From positions 13,950,001 to 14,014,000 of the forward strand of contig OZ038378.1 in NCBI GenBank assembly GCA_964036045.1: 64,000 bases of DNA, read 5' to 3'. The notes under the pieces are model-generated. The model did no database searches and was not told the DNA's origin. It saw only the letters and a program-made list of their open reading frames with translations. Shown one piece after another: positions 12,228 through 22,870 of this stretch. Origin of the DNA: Eutreptiella sp. 'Long Island Sound 2002'. Lineage: Eukaryota; Protista; Euglenida. Every line of letters starts with the position of its first letter. Within the stretch, counting starts at the first letter, position 1. The position numbers and the translations under genes were made by a program.

Positions 12228-12980
12228 TCAACCATCGCAATGACAGTCCGTGATCACCTTGAACCTGTCGCAGTTGGGCACACAGGTCCCTGGGCAGTCT
12301 GTGCCACCCTGGGTTGGGTCGCAATCGCTGCCTGGTTTAGGTTGGCAGGTGTAGCCATCATCGCATGGCGCCGGGCCGCACTCCACTTGAGCCGTAGGAT
12401 CAGCGCAGATAATGCTCTCCTCGAACTTCGGGATGCACTTCTGAGAGGCCGAGCCGCAGCGTCCAAGGCAACGGCCGACGTCCACCACTTGGACAGTGCC
12501 ATCCGGGCCCCAGTGCTGGATGTAGTGGGGGATGCGGGCGCACTTGGGCCGCACGGGCTTGCAGTCGCACCGCGCCACAGCCTCGACCCGCACGTTGCCC
12601 ACCAGAAGCATCTTTGTCTCTGCCACGTGGCATTGGGTGGTCCAGTATTGCTCCAGGTTGTTCTGTCCCGTAGGCCACTCCTCCGGGCCACACTCCCCAC
12701 CGCACACACCCACGTTCACCTTTCTAACGTCGTCCTCGTCCACTTTGATCAAGCGGTACTTCGCCCGTACCCGACAGTCTGAACAGCCACAGTCATCAAT
12801 GACGCGGGTCGATACAGCTCCTCCGTAGGGGTTCGTCACGGTTTGCGTCTCGAAGGTCAATGGACGGCAGTAGGCAAACCCTCCTTTCCAATGGCAGTCC
12901 CCTCTGCACATCCCAACATCCACTGAGAAATCGCCCAGGTGCTTGTAGACGCTGAGTCGCGTGCAGGGATTGGGTAGAAC
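12228..12980 (-). CDS. Exon 2 of the secreted multi-cystine-knot protein (knots 2-4; spliced product 394 aa)
   Basis: Acceptor tcacgtcgcag|GTT is in phase 0 with exon 1. Three further C..V(D/N)VGxCxGxC..C..CxC repeats follow, then a TGA stop. Confidence 0.85.
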   Translation of the reverse strand, partial: VLPNPCTRLSVYKHLGDFSVDVGMCRGDCHWKGGFAYCRPLTFETQTVTNPYGGAVSTRVIDDCGCSDCRVRAKYRLIKVDEDDVRKVNVGVCGGECGPEEWPTGQNNLEQYWTTQCHVAETKMLLVGNVRVEAVARCDCKPVRPKCARIPHYIQHWGPDGTVQVVDVGRCLGRCGSASQKCIPKFEESIICADPTAQVECGPAPCDDGYTCQPKPGSDCDPTQGGTDCPGTCVPNCDRFKVITDCHCDG

Positions 12981-13534
12981 CTGCGACGTGATACGATGTT
13001 GGATGACGCTGACAACCACGGTTATGGTGTTGAAGCGTGTTGCATGGTCCATGCACAGCGACATGCAACAGCAAAAATCATGCAGAACGAAACATCACGC
13101 AAAACACAACTTCAGACGAACCAAAACGTGGTGTTTTTTTTTTGTATGGTATTCTCACCAGGCACCATGCAAATAAAGCACCCTGCAACACAAAACACCA
13201 TGCAATGCAGAGCACCAGGCCAAACAAAACGACTTTCAAGACACTAGCACCATACAAAGAGAACAGAGGGCAAAACGGAACACTGCGCAAAACAAGAAAC
13301 CACACAAAACGAGGCACCATGCGACACAAAACACCATGTCAAAACAAACACCAATGTCAACGGAAGACCACACAAAACAAATATATGCAAAACAGAACAT
13401 CATACAGCCGAAAGCCATGCAAAACAAAACACAATATATGTGTTTTGTCCGAAATGATGTTCTGTTTGTAATATAAAACACCACGTAAAACAGAGCACCA
13501 TGCCAAACAAACAAGCATGCAACGCCTACAACAC

Positions 13535-13966
13535 CTTGGGCTCGCATCGGCAGTGCCAAGCATTCCAGAACCATCCCTCAGGACATCGTTCAATGCGGTC
13601 ACAGACACATGCGCACTCTTTGACGACGGAGAGCCACGATGTCCTTCTGCTTTTTGCGTCTGTCAACTGCACAGAATCAGTCGTCACCGCTTCACATGAC
13701 TTGCGGCCCGTCTGAGCGGTAGTGAGGCAAAAGCCTTGGCATTCTCCCACGTCCACCGTCGTTTGGGTGGGGTCTTTGAGGGACCACTGCCCACGGTCGT
13801 ATTCGGCGATCTTGATAACCTTTGGCACACGGCGGCACAGCACAACAGGAACAGGGATACCAACGTCGATCTCTGCACGGTCTACCCCTGCAGTGTCCAG
13901 CCTAAGCACTTCCATGGTCTCCCCATGGGTCATCCCTATTAGCAATATCAGGACTAGAGGCCACAT
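13535..13966 (-). CDS. Exon 1 of a secreted multi-cystine-knot protein (signal peptide, knot 1, CxCxC-type linker)
   Basis: MWPLVLILLIGMTHG signal-like N-terminus; C..VDVGECQGFC..C..ECAC motif; phase-0 donor AAG|GTGTTG at 13535/13534. Confidence 0.85.
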
Positions 13967-15574
13967 TGTGACAAGAAATAAGCAGGGTCTTCCTGTTTGC
14001 TCCTGCGAAAGGGAGACCAGTGAATGGAAGCAAATATGCCCCCAATCCCTGCAATGACACTGGTGGAAAGTACTGGTGGAAAGTAGATGAGCAGGGGTAG
14101 GCAGAGAGATGAAATCTAGCCAGCAGATGGGTTCTGCGTACCTGTGGGTGCGGCTGCTGGTGGGCTATTCCATGGTTCTCAAGACAGTCCCTTGGCCCTG
14201 GGCCTGCTGCTTTTTCTGTATGCCCGCTAGCCTCGGGGCCACGTGCCACAGCACACAGGCACCGCTGAGGTCCGTGTGCTTGGATAACAGGGGCTGTTGG
14301 CTTGGGCAGGTTCCCATGCTGGGCACATGATCGGCACCTCAAAAACTCCAGTTCCAACAAAATCTCAGTAGCACAGGGTCAGCGTACTGGCGCAAGAGCG
14401 CCGAGGGGTCTCAGCAGTGGTCTAACCCCTCACACCCATGCATAGGTTGGGGCTTCAGCATGGATATTGAGGATGCAGTGCGCATATTGGTGTGCACAAC
14501 ATGCATTCTTGTTGTATGAGCATCCTTTTGTGCAAGCATGGCCTTGTTGAGCCCCCACCTTCGTTTACACCAGACCAGTCGGTATAACATTTGCATTGCT
14601 CTTTTTTGTGAGATGGTGTTTGTTATTTTTGGGTCCTACAGGAAACTGCGTGCATTACACTGCCCCCATTTATGTTCTCTTCCAACCAGAATATGGCTCA
14701 GAAAGTCTGTTTTGCATGATTTTGTTGATGAAAACAATGTGCCCAGCAGTGATGAGGACAATTGCAGCTCTGCTAAGTCCGATGTTGAAGCTGATGTCCT
14801 CCGTGATGTTGCTTGTGCTCATGGAGAGAGAAAAATGTAACTCGTGTACAAAAAAATCGTCGAGTTGTGTAATTTTTTTGCGGCAAATGCGTGTAATTTT
14901 TTGGCGTAAGCCGTGTAAATTATGAAAAAAATTGAATTTTTTTTTGCGGTCAACGTGTGTAATTATTTTTTTTTTGGCGGTAAGTCGTGTAAATTATGAA
15001 AAAAATTGGAAAATTGAAAGAAATGCAACTTTTGCAACACATGAGCAATATGTACAGCTGCTGGTTCCGTACGGCACCCCATAGCGACCTTAACGATGGG
15101 ACGCCGAGTCCACAAAGCACATAGTACTCTGTGTGGCCACCAATTAGTTGGGACTCGGCCAATATAACAAAGTTTCACATGGTGTCATTGACACTAGGCA
15201 CAAAATCATGCCCAAGAAAAGAGTCTTGACATGGCCATGGCCAACATCCACTGTGCCAGCACTTGGAACAAAATCAGGCTCAAGATAAAGAGTCCTAACA
15301 AGGCCATGGCCAACGCTAGTGCCACCATTATAGGCCACCAAGGCACGGATATGGGGCCAATAAAATAGCATGCGTATACGCTCCACCATTGGTATACCAA
15401 ACGGGCAGAGGAAAACACAACCCACAAAACATGCACCCGCTACAAGTAGTTGCAGAATGCATGCTTGTAGATCAAGTCAGCTTTTGTGTCGCTGGACTTG
15501 GGCTTTGCACCAAGATTGGGGTTAAGCTGACAAGCGGCACGCAACTCCGCTACTAGCTGCTTGGTTAGGTCATG

Positions 15575-16560
15575 TGCTTGGCGATGGGGACCCCCGAGAA
15601 TGCAGGGGTTGCGTAGCAATGCCCTCTTTTGGACCCCTAAGAAGGCAGGGGTGAGGTAACCACTTCTGATTTTGTCCGTGCGCTTGGTGATGGGGACCCC
15701 TGAGAATGCAAGGGTTACGTAGCAATTCCGCCCTCTTTTGGGCCCCTGAGAAGGCAGGGGTGAGGTAGCCACTTCTGATTTTGTCCCCGCGCTTGGCGTT
15801 GGGGACCCCCGAGAATGCAGGGGTTACGTAGCAATTCCGCCCTCTTCTCGGAAATCAGAAGTGGCTACCTCACCCCTGCCTTCCTGGGGGGCCAGAAGAG
15901 GGCAGAATTCCTATGTAACCCCTGCATTCTTGGGTGTCCCCAACGCCAGGCGCGGGGAAAAATCAGAAGTGGTTACCTCACCCCTGCCTTTTCAGGGGCC
16001 CAAAAGAGGGCATTGCTACGCAACCCCTGCATTCTCGGGGGTCCCCAACGCCAAGCGCGCGGACAAATTCAGAAGTGGCTACCTCACCCCTGCCTTCTCG
16101 GGGGCCCAGAAGAGGGTGGAATTGCTACGGAATTGCTACATCACCTCTGCACCAGTGCATTATCAGGGGTCCCCAACGCCAAGCGCAGGGAAAGAATCAG
16201 AGGTGGCTACCTCACCCCTGCCTTCTCGGGGGCACAAAAGAGGGCGGAATTGCTACGTAACCCCTGCGTTCTCGGGCGTCCCCATCGCCAAGCGCGGGGA
16301 TAAAATCCAAACTGGCTGCCTCACCCCTGCCTTCTTAGGCGCCCAGAAGGGGGCGGAATTGCTACGTAACACCTGCATTCTCGGGGTCCCCAACGCCAAG
16401 CGCGGGGACAAAATCAGAAGTGGCTACCTCACCCCTGCCTTCTCAGGGGCCTAGAAGAGGGCGGAATTGCTACGTAACCCTTGCATTCTCGGGGGTCCCC
16501 AACGCCAAGTGCACGGACAAAATCAGAAGTGGCTACCTCACCCCTGCCTTCTCAGGGACC
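15575..16560. repeat. ~108-bp satellite array with an internal inversion point at ~15850
   Basis: Unit ggggtccccaacgccaagcgcggggacaaaatcagaagtggctacctcacccctgccttctcgggggcccagaagagggcggaattgctacgtaacccctgcattctc. About 2.5 reverse units, then about 6.5 forward units; the array resumes at 17202-17390. Confidence 0.92.
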
Positions 16561-16563
16561 TAG

Positions 16564-17201
16564 GGGGAATGTTTGCCCGGCGCGCGCCCGGTGCGCTACT
16601 TTTCTATTAACTATCCCGACTTCAGCCCCAGATTTACCCTCCCATGGAGAAGCCCCCCAAGTAGACCACATTGCACTGCACACCTTCCCTACAAAGCACG
16701 TTGCAAAATAAAGCGGCATCTGTGATTTCAACCACTCCAACTGTCATTTGTAGTGTAATTGTTGGCGGGCTGTCAAAGTGCCATTCTTTCGCGTGGATTG
16801 TGAGTCCCTAACCCCAACTCGAGGGGCCACGCAAAAAAGCGTGGATTATGAGTCCCTAACCCCAACTCGAGGGGCCACGCAACAAAGCGTGGATTCAAAG
16901 ATTGTCCCGGTTTCCTCAATAGCACCGGAAGGTTGGGGCCCAAAAGAGGGCGGAAATGCTACGTCACCCCTGCATTCTCGGGGGTCCCCAACGAAGGAGA
17001 CAAAATCAGAAGTCAAAACCTACGCTAGGGGTCACCATGATGCTCCTAGTATCTCAAAGTGTGGGTCTCTAGTACAGCCGGGCGCCCAAATAGCTGCACT
17101 GTGCTAAGTGCGCCCCCTTAGTGCACCCCCTAAAAGGCCACTAGAGGGGCACGGGTCCAAAAAGATGCCCGACGCGCGCCCGGCGCACTAACGTTCTCCC
17201 C
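16564..17201. mobile_element. Non-autonomous TIR element (Harbinger-type MITE) with TAG target duplication
   Basis: TAG|GGGGAATGTTTG...CGTTCTCCCC|TAG. It interrupts the satellite unit ttctcagggg/acc-TAG-aagagggcgg, seen intact at ~16441-16465. Confidence 0.75.
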
Positions 17202-20200
17202 TAGAAGAGGGCGGAATTGCTACGTAACCCTTGCATTCTCGGGGGTCCCCAACGCCAATCGCGGGGACAAAATCAGAACTAGCTACCTCACACTTGCCTT
17301 CTCGGGGGGCCAGAAGAGGGCGGAATTGCTACACAATCCCTGCATTCGCAGGGTTCCCCCACGCCAAGGGCGGGTACAAAATCAGAATGGGCCCACAGGT
17401 GGGCACATCACCTACATGCATGCATTTTCAGTGAAATTGGTACTTTTTTCTTTGCGGCAAATTCGTGTAATTTTTTTGTGTAAACGCGTGAAAAAAAATT
17501 TGTCACGTCGTGTATTTTTTTTTTGCGGCAAACGCCTGTACAAAAAAAATTGCCACGTTGTGTAATTTTTTTTGTGTAAACGCGTGTACGAAAAAATTGT
17601 CAAATCGTGTAATTTTTTTTGCAGTAATGTGTGTAACGGGTTTACACAACTTACCAAAAAAAAAAAGAATTACACGACGTGACGATTTTTTTGTTACATG
17701 CATTTACCGCAAAAAAAAAAATACACAAATTACAACATACAGGAATGGGGAAGGTGAAGATGACCCTGCCAAAACACATGGTGGGGCTGATGTTGATGAA
17801 TTGCATGTAGCACAGTTGTCTCATGAACAATTGCTTTCACAACTTGCTGAAGCATGTGAGGCAGCAAACGTGTCCGCCAATGCCTCGGATGCCCAACCTC
17901 CAGCAAAGAAGCGGAGGGAAGATTTGGGCCTATGTTGGCATACACCCCAGCAAAACCCAAAAAGGGGAGGCGGCCCTGGTCCTTTGGTCACAAACTCTTT
18001 GCTCTGGTGAAAGTGAGGGAGGCAAATGGGAATCAGTACCATATTCAAACAAAGATTTGGCTCATTGGCAGCTCGGCACCTCTTTTCTATCAGAATAGAA
18101 AAAGGCTGACAATGCCATCTACACTTGACCAAAAACCATAGACCACGGCTCGTCGAAAGTAAAATTTTATTATTTATCAACAACTGGATTTGGATGGGTA
18201 GGTTATCAAAAAGAAGCGTATAATTGTTTTCAAGGGCCAAGGGAATGGCTCCCAAAGAGAGAAAAAATACTCATGATCACTGAGTGATTTGTCTTTTCCC
18301 GGTGAAGAAAGTCATGGATGGGCCTTCAATGCGTCACCCATGTCACAGGTTTTGGATTGTGCAAGGCATTATCAAACCGATGAAATAAAACAGGAAATGG
18401 ACAGCAGGAAACTTGTTGTTGCACGTTTTGTAGCGGGTATGACATCTTATGTCCTAAAGTAAAACAGGAAATGGACAGCAGGAAATCCGTTCTTGCACGT
18501 GTTCTAGCGGGTATGACATCTTATGTCCAGTGGTTGGATGCATTTTGGGTGCTTCTTTTTACAACAAAATACAGGGGAGTGTATACCCAAACCTTTCATG
18601 GCAAAACAAGAAAGCTTCGTGCTGGTGCAAAGGGTATTGTTGCTTCATTGCTTGTAGCAGAAGCACATGAGCTCACTATGCACACTTTGGAGCCCACTAT
18701 ATTTCAGAGTTTTGTGCTATTTGGCTATATTCACACTCAACACACCAGCCTGATGAGCAGTTTACCATGCCAAGTGATTAAAAGTATGCCAAAGTGATGT
18801 GATCCAAAAGCTTGAGGCAACAGTGCTGGCTGCTGCAAAGCCACCTCCGGCTACTCAGCCCACTGCACAACAACCCAAAAAGAAGTAGCTTCCCATTGCT
18901 TCATTCTTCCATCGAAACAACAATCCACAGTGAAGAGAAACAATGTCTTGAGAAATGCAAGGCACCTTGACGAGACAATGAAAATGGCTAAGTCCTCATC
19001 GGTGGGGTCCGAAAGGAGGGGGCCAATCAAGGAAACTTGGAGATAGCACCCGGGACCCCCATCATTGGTTAGGGGGGGTATATCGAAGAAAAAAGTGGGA
19101 TGGGACCAGGGTCTGAACGGCGCACAGTGGCGACTACAGCCAACCAACTTTTGCCCACTAGATTGAAAATAAGCCCAAATGGCGCTTTTGAGGGCCAACA
19201 AGTCCTGGATTGGCTTTACCCAACAACAGACCAGGCAAAGGAGCATCGCAGACTACACTTTTTGTGCTGATTTTCACCGTACAACTGTGTGCTTGCTGCA
19301 GCTACAGCTTTAGCGCTTCTCCGTCCTGTCAAAAAGATGCAAACGTGGTGGGCAAAGGGGGCACTGTGTGTATAGGGCTCAAAATGCAACATTTCAAGGA
19401 AGCAACTAACTCAATTGGTTGCTGGGGAAACGGCAAAATATCATAAAACCTAGCCGAAACTGTTGAGGGCAGTTACTCAAAAGAAAACAAATATCCATAC
19501 AAGTATGTTGAACGTGGTACAAATACTGGGTGTGTATCATCTATTGTGGCATCCCTTGCTGCAGTAAGGGCTGCCACAACGACTACATTTCTCTCTTTTA
19601 CTTCTGTCTTTTATTTTGAGTGGTGTTGGCAGCGTGGTCTGCAGCTGGCGGCTTGTATGCACAGGTTTGATTATTGTGTTTCTGTAAGCAAGTGCCATTG
19701 AATTAAAATTGAAAAAAAAAGTCAGATTTTGGATGGGAGTCAAAAACTGCATCCATCATAAACTGTGTGCCAGACCGTCACCAGTCTGACAGTATTTTCC
19801 AATTAGGTCACCTGAGTGTCATGGTCTGTAGCAAAACACCGTCTGCTTCACTCCCCAGAGTCAGGATTCTCATATCAATCATGCATAATTGGAGTTATCA
19901 CATACGATGGGTGCCCTGGAGACAAGATGCATGCCTCTGATCACTCTTCTGCAAGTTCAAACCCTGGGTGGGGCAACAGCACACCGATGAACCTTTGATG
20001 AGCAACACTGGCTGCTGCCCAGTAATGTACCAAGGCATCCAAGACCCCTGTATCCAGTCAAACCGTGCACTGGCAGTGAACTGATTCATGGCCTTCTGTC
20101 CACCATTCCATGCTGCGTGATGGAAGTAAATTACTTGTTTTGGGGGCTGTTCAACTGGGATAGGAAGCTTCACCGATTTGCCACTGTTGCCAACAATCAT

Positions 20201-20919
20201 TGGTATAATCGAAAATGTGTTTGTAGTCATTACACGCAAAGATGGCATGCCTGACTGATTCAACTCTGCCACACATTGAGCAGGCCTCATCACTTGGACG
20301 GATTTGTTGCACTGTGAGCTTCTGTAGAGGCGGCGGTGGTTGTGTGGGAGGGGTTTTCAGGATGCTGCTGCTGCTTCAGGTACCAGTTTCCCTGAGCAGC
20401 GGATTTCAGAGGGATTCCAATGGGGGAGGGGTGAAGAGTAAACCGCAGGGTGGGGTTTTCCAAACCCCACGTTTCTTTCACCCTCAGAAAATACGAACAG
20501 ACTTTGTGTTTTTTGGTGTTTTGTCACGTGTTTCCTCTTTTTTCAATTGGTGTGTATCCCAATCATCTGTGTAAATGGGTTCTGTGGGAGGTCTAACAAA
20601 GCTTTGCTGCAGGGGTCTGTGTAAGCTGAAGTCTGGTAAAGTGAAAAAAGGCAACCATGTTGTAGGCATTTTGAGTTCCCCCAGTGTTGGGAACCCTGAG
20701 ACGACAGGGGTTCCGTTCCCCCCCCCTTCCGCTTTGTATGGCTGTCATCCCACTGGTCAATGTGCAGATCAATGTGCACGCCCCCCACCGCCTGCCCCGT
20801 TTGCTACCATTTTTGTGGACAAGTGGAAGGGGGGGGGTTTGCAAGTGCAAGTAACGTGGTCGGACCTGCCCCTGGTCTCCCTGCTCTATTCGGCCTCCAC
20901 ACTTCCCTTTGTAGCGCCA

Positions 20920-21990
20920 TTACAAAAACCGCGTTTCTAATTCGACCCCCTGAACAATAGTGACAAGGTCAAAATGACCCCTCCCTCCTTTGTGTTTTGG
21001 ACCCCTCAAAAAGTAGGTCAATTGACTCTGCATGTCGTTTTCGAGATCTGCCTCCTCCCTCCCCCCGGGTTCCAACCCCACCCAATCAGAGATTTGGTTT
21101 GGTGTGCTGCAACGTCCAACAGTGTGTGTGTCCTGGAAAAAGTAAAAGGATAGCTGCGAAGTCCGACAATGTGCGCCTTTGTGAGAGATAAATAAAAGCT
21201 GGTTGTCCGCACTTGGGGCCTGTGGACGCTGAGGGGCCGCCCCTATAACAGAACTGCACAAAAGCAACAATTGCATCTGAGATCCAGCAATTATATCTGC
21301 CACTGGGGGTATGAACGGGGAGCACGCACCACAAAGGGGCGTCGTTGCAAGTAGCAGCATTCTCTCATTTTCGAACTGGAGGGTGATAGATAAGCCAGGA
21401 TTTGGTGCAATAACCTGTGATGAGTGCCAAGCACGAGTGCCAAACAGAACTGAATTCCGCAACATGAGCCCTTCCATAAAGACGACCGCGAGTGTAAGTG
21501 TAATAAGCGCATGGGTTGTGCACCGTGCTGCACAATTATTGTGAAAAGGCAGCGCAAATCGGCCAAAGTATTGCGCAGGTGATCTTTCCAGCTTTGCTAA
21601 ACAGGCTTCAAGCTACAGAACCGATCCGCGTGTTCTCGAGGAATAGTTCCCCTTCGCCCACAACACATCCCTCCCGTTCACAATGTGCAGGTGGGCAGAT
21701 GTGCGCCATACAAGAGCTCCAAAGATCAGGCCACGTTTGGGGTCACCCAGGTTGATGTGGACTATCCGCCTGTATACGTATTTCGGAAAGCTGCTGCGCA
21801 TTATACATTCCATCGCCATCAAACAAAGCTGAGGCGCAAAACTGTGATCCATCGTCCACCGGGTGCAGTGGTAGAACACGTCACCAGGCACCTGCCCTGG
21901 ACGCGTGACTGCATTCTGCTTGTTGTCGTCTGCCAAGTTGCAGGGGCTTGCATAGCTTCTGCCACTAGGCAGCACAGCGCAACACTGCAG
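20920..21990 (-). pseudogene. Unidentified ~350-codon frame interrupted by one TAG
   Basis: Track ORFs 21613-22047 and 20920-21477 are in the same frame. Its GDVFYHCTRWTMD motif recurs as GDVFFHCTQWTID at ~23405-23455 with synonymous differences. Confidence 0.3.
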
Positions 21991-21999
21991 CACTATCAC

Positions 22000-22262
22000 C
22001 CTAAACCTAACCCTAACCTTTGCAGCGAGCTGGTTCGGCCATGCCAACCATGTTGATGAGGCTGAACAAGATCATGGCTGCTTTTTGCCACATCATTGCT
22101 CTCCATTTTGGACCCCAACACTAACTGTGGCCCTAGCCTAGGTTTAGAGCTAGGGCTGGGGTTAGGGCCAGGGTTAGGGTTAAGCTTAGGGGTAGGGGTA
22201 GGGTTAGGACTAGGCTTAGGGTTGGGGTGGGCGTTAGGGTCAGGGCTGGGTTGGGTTTAAGG
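22000..22262. repeat. Degenerate interstitial telomere-like repeats: CCCTAA tract (22000-22020) and TTAGGG tract (22138-22262)
   Basis: ccctaaacctaaccctaacc and ggttagggccagggttagggttaagcttaggggtaggggtagggttagg. Confidence 0.7.
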
Positions 22263-22467
22263 ATAGTGTTGGGGTGCAAAGTGGACACAAATCTATTGCC
22301 TTCGGCAAGGCACCTCGAAGAGAGGCTGACAGTCAGCCAATCAGTCAGAAAGTCAGGCAAGCAGTCCGTTGGGCAAGCAGGCAGGCAGACAGGCAGGCAG
22401 AAACACACAGTTTGGCTTTTTTTTCAGTTGTGGACTACATCTACAAACAGTGGGAAACCCCAGCCAC

Positions 22468-22545
22468 ACCGGAGCAGTCGGTAATCGAGTGGTAGAACAC
22501 TCGCTTTGCACCCAAAATGTCGTCGGGTCGAACCCCGGCCGGTGA
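22468..22545 (+). pseudogene. tRNA-derived relic or SINE head (GCA/Cys-like anticodon position)
   Basis: A-box-like taatcgagtggtaga and B-box-like gggtcgaaccc at tRNA spacing. The anticodon and acceptor stems do not pair well. Confidence 0.45.
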
Positions 22546-22699
22546 TCGCCGGCGTGGGACAGCCGATCCACTATTCTTTGTCACCCGACCGTGGTTCAAA
22601 TCCTTCCAAGCACAAACTTTTGACCCTCCCCCCCTCATCCCCCACTTCCCCTCCCTAAAATGTGACATTCAGTTTCAGGGGGATAGAGGCCTCAAAATC

Positions 22700-22870
22700 A
22701 AAAAATCCATTGGGGGATTGTTTTGTCGGGCAAAATAATGATTTTACAAGGGGTTAGACATCCAATATCATGACTTCGGGTATGGTACGCGAACGACCCC
22801 CAAAAAGGGGGATGTACAGGTCTGCGCCTGCGCTTGATCTAACAACCTCTGTTCGAGGTGATTCCTTCGG
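22700..22870. repeat. Dispersed repeat family C, copy 1 (second copy at ~39640-39810)
   Basis: Shared ttttgtc...caaaat.atgatt...ggggtt.gacatcc.atatcat...gcgcttgatctaacaacctc. Confidence 0.7.

Larger units (their letters stand above)
14693..18950 (+). pseudogene. Decayed piggyBac-like transposase, apparently with an intron at 14837-17742
   Basis: Acidic N-terminus (DENNVPSSDEDNCSSAKSDVEAD). YTPAKPKK...GHKLFALV...QYHIQTKIW resembles piggyBac YxPxKPxKxGxKlfal. KSVLARVLAGMTSYVQWLDAF resembles KPxxxxxYNxxMGGVDxxD. Multiple stops and frameshifts; a 75-bp tandem duplication at ~18385-18530. Confidence 0.5.

Noticed and set aside
15440-16711. ORFs such as SGYLTPAFSGAQKRAELLRNPC
   Set aside because: These are translations of the 108-bp satellite.
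16790-16895. 45-bp direct repeats and the 58-bp repeats at 60778-61422 as CRISPR-like arrays
   Set aside because: There are no unique spacers and no cas genes, and the context is eukaryotic; they are simple tandem duplications.
19537-20293. Minus-strand fragments with CSRCGSPYCSKGC (HIT/MYND-like) and a possible protease
   Set aside because: The fragments are short and broken, and no coherent gene model could be built.
22000-22262. Telomere-telomere fusion scar
   Set aside because: A fusion gives TTAGGG followed by CCCTAA; the order here is the reverse, and the tracts are degenerate.
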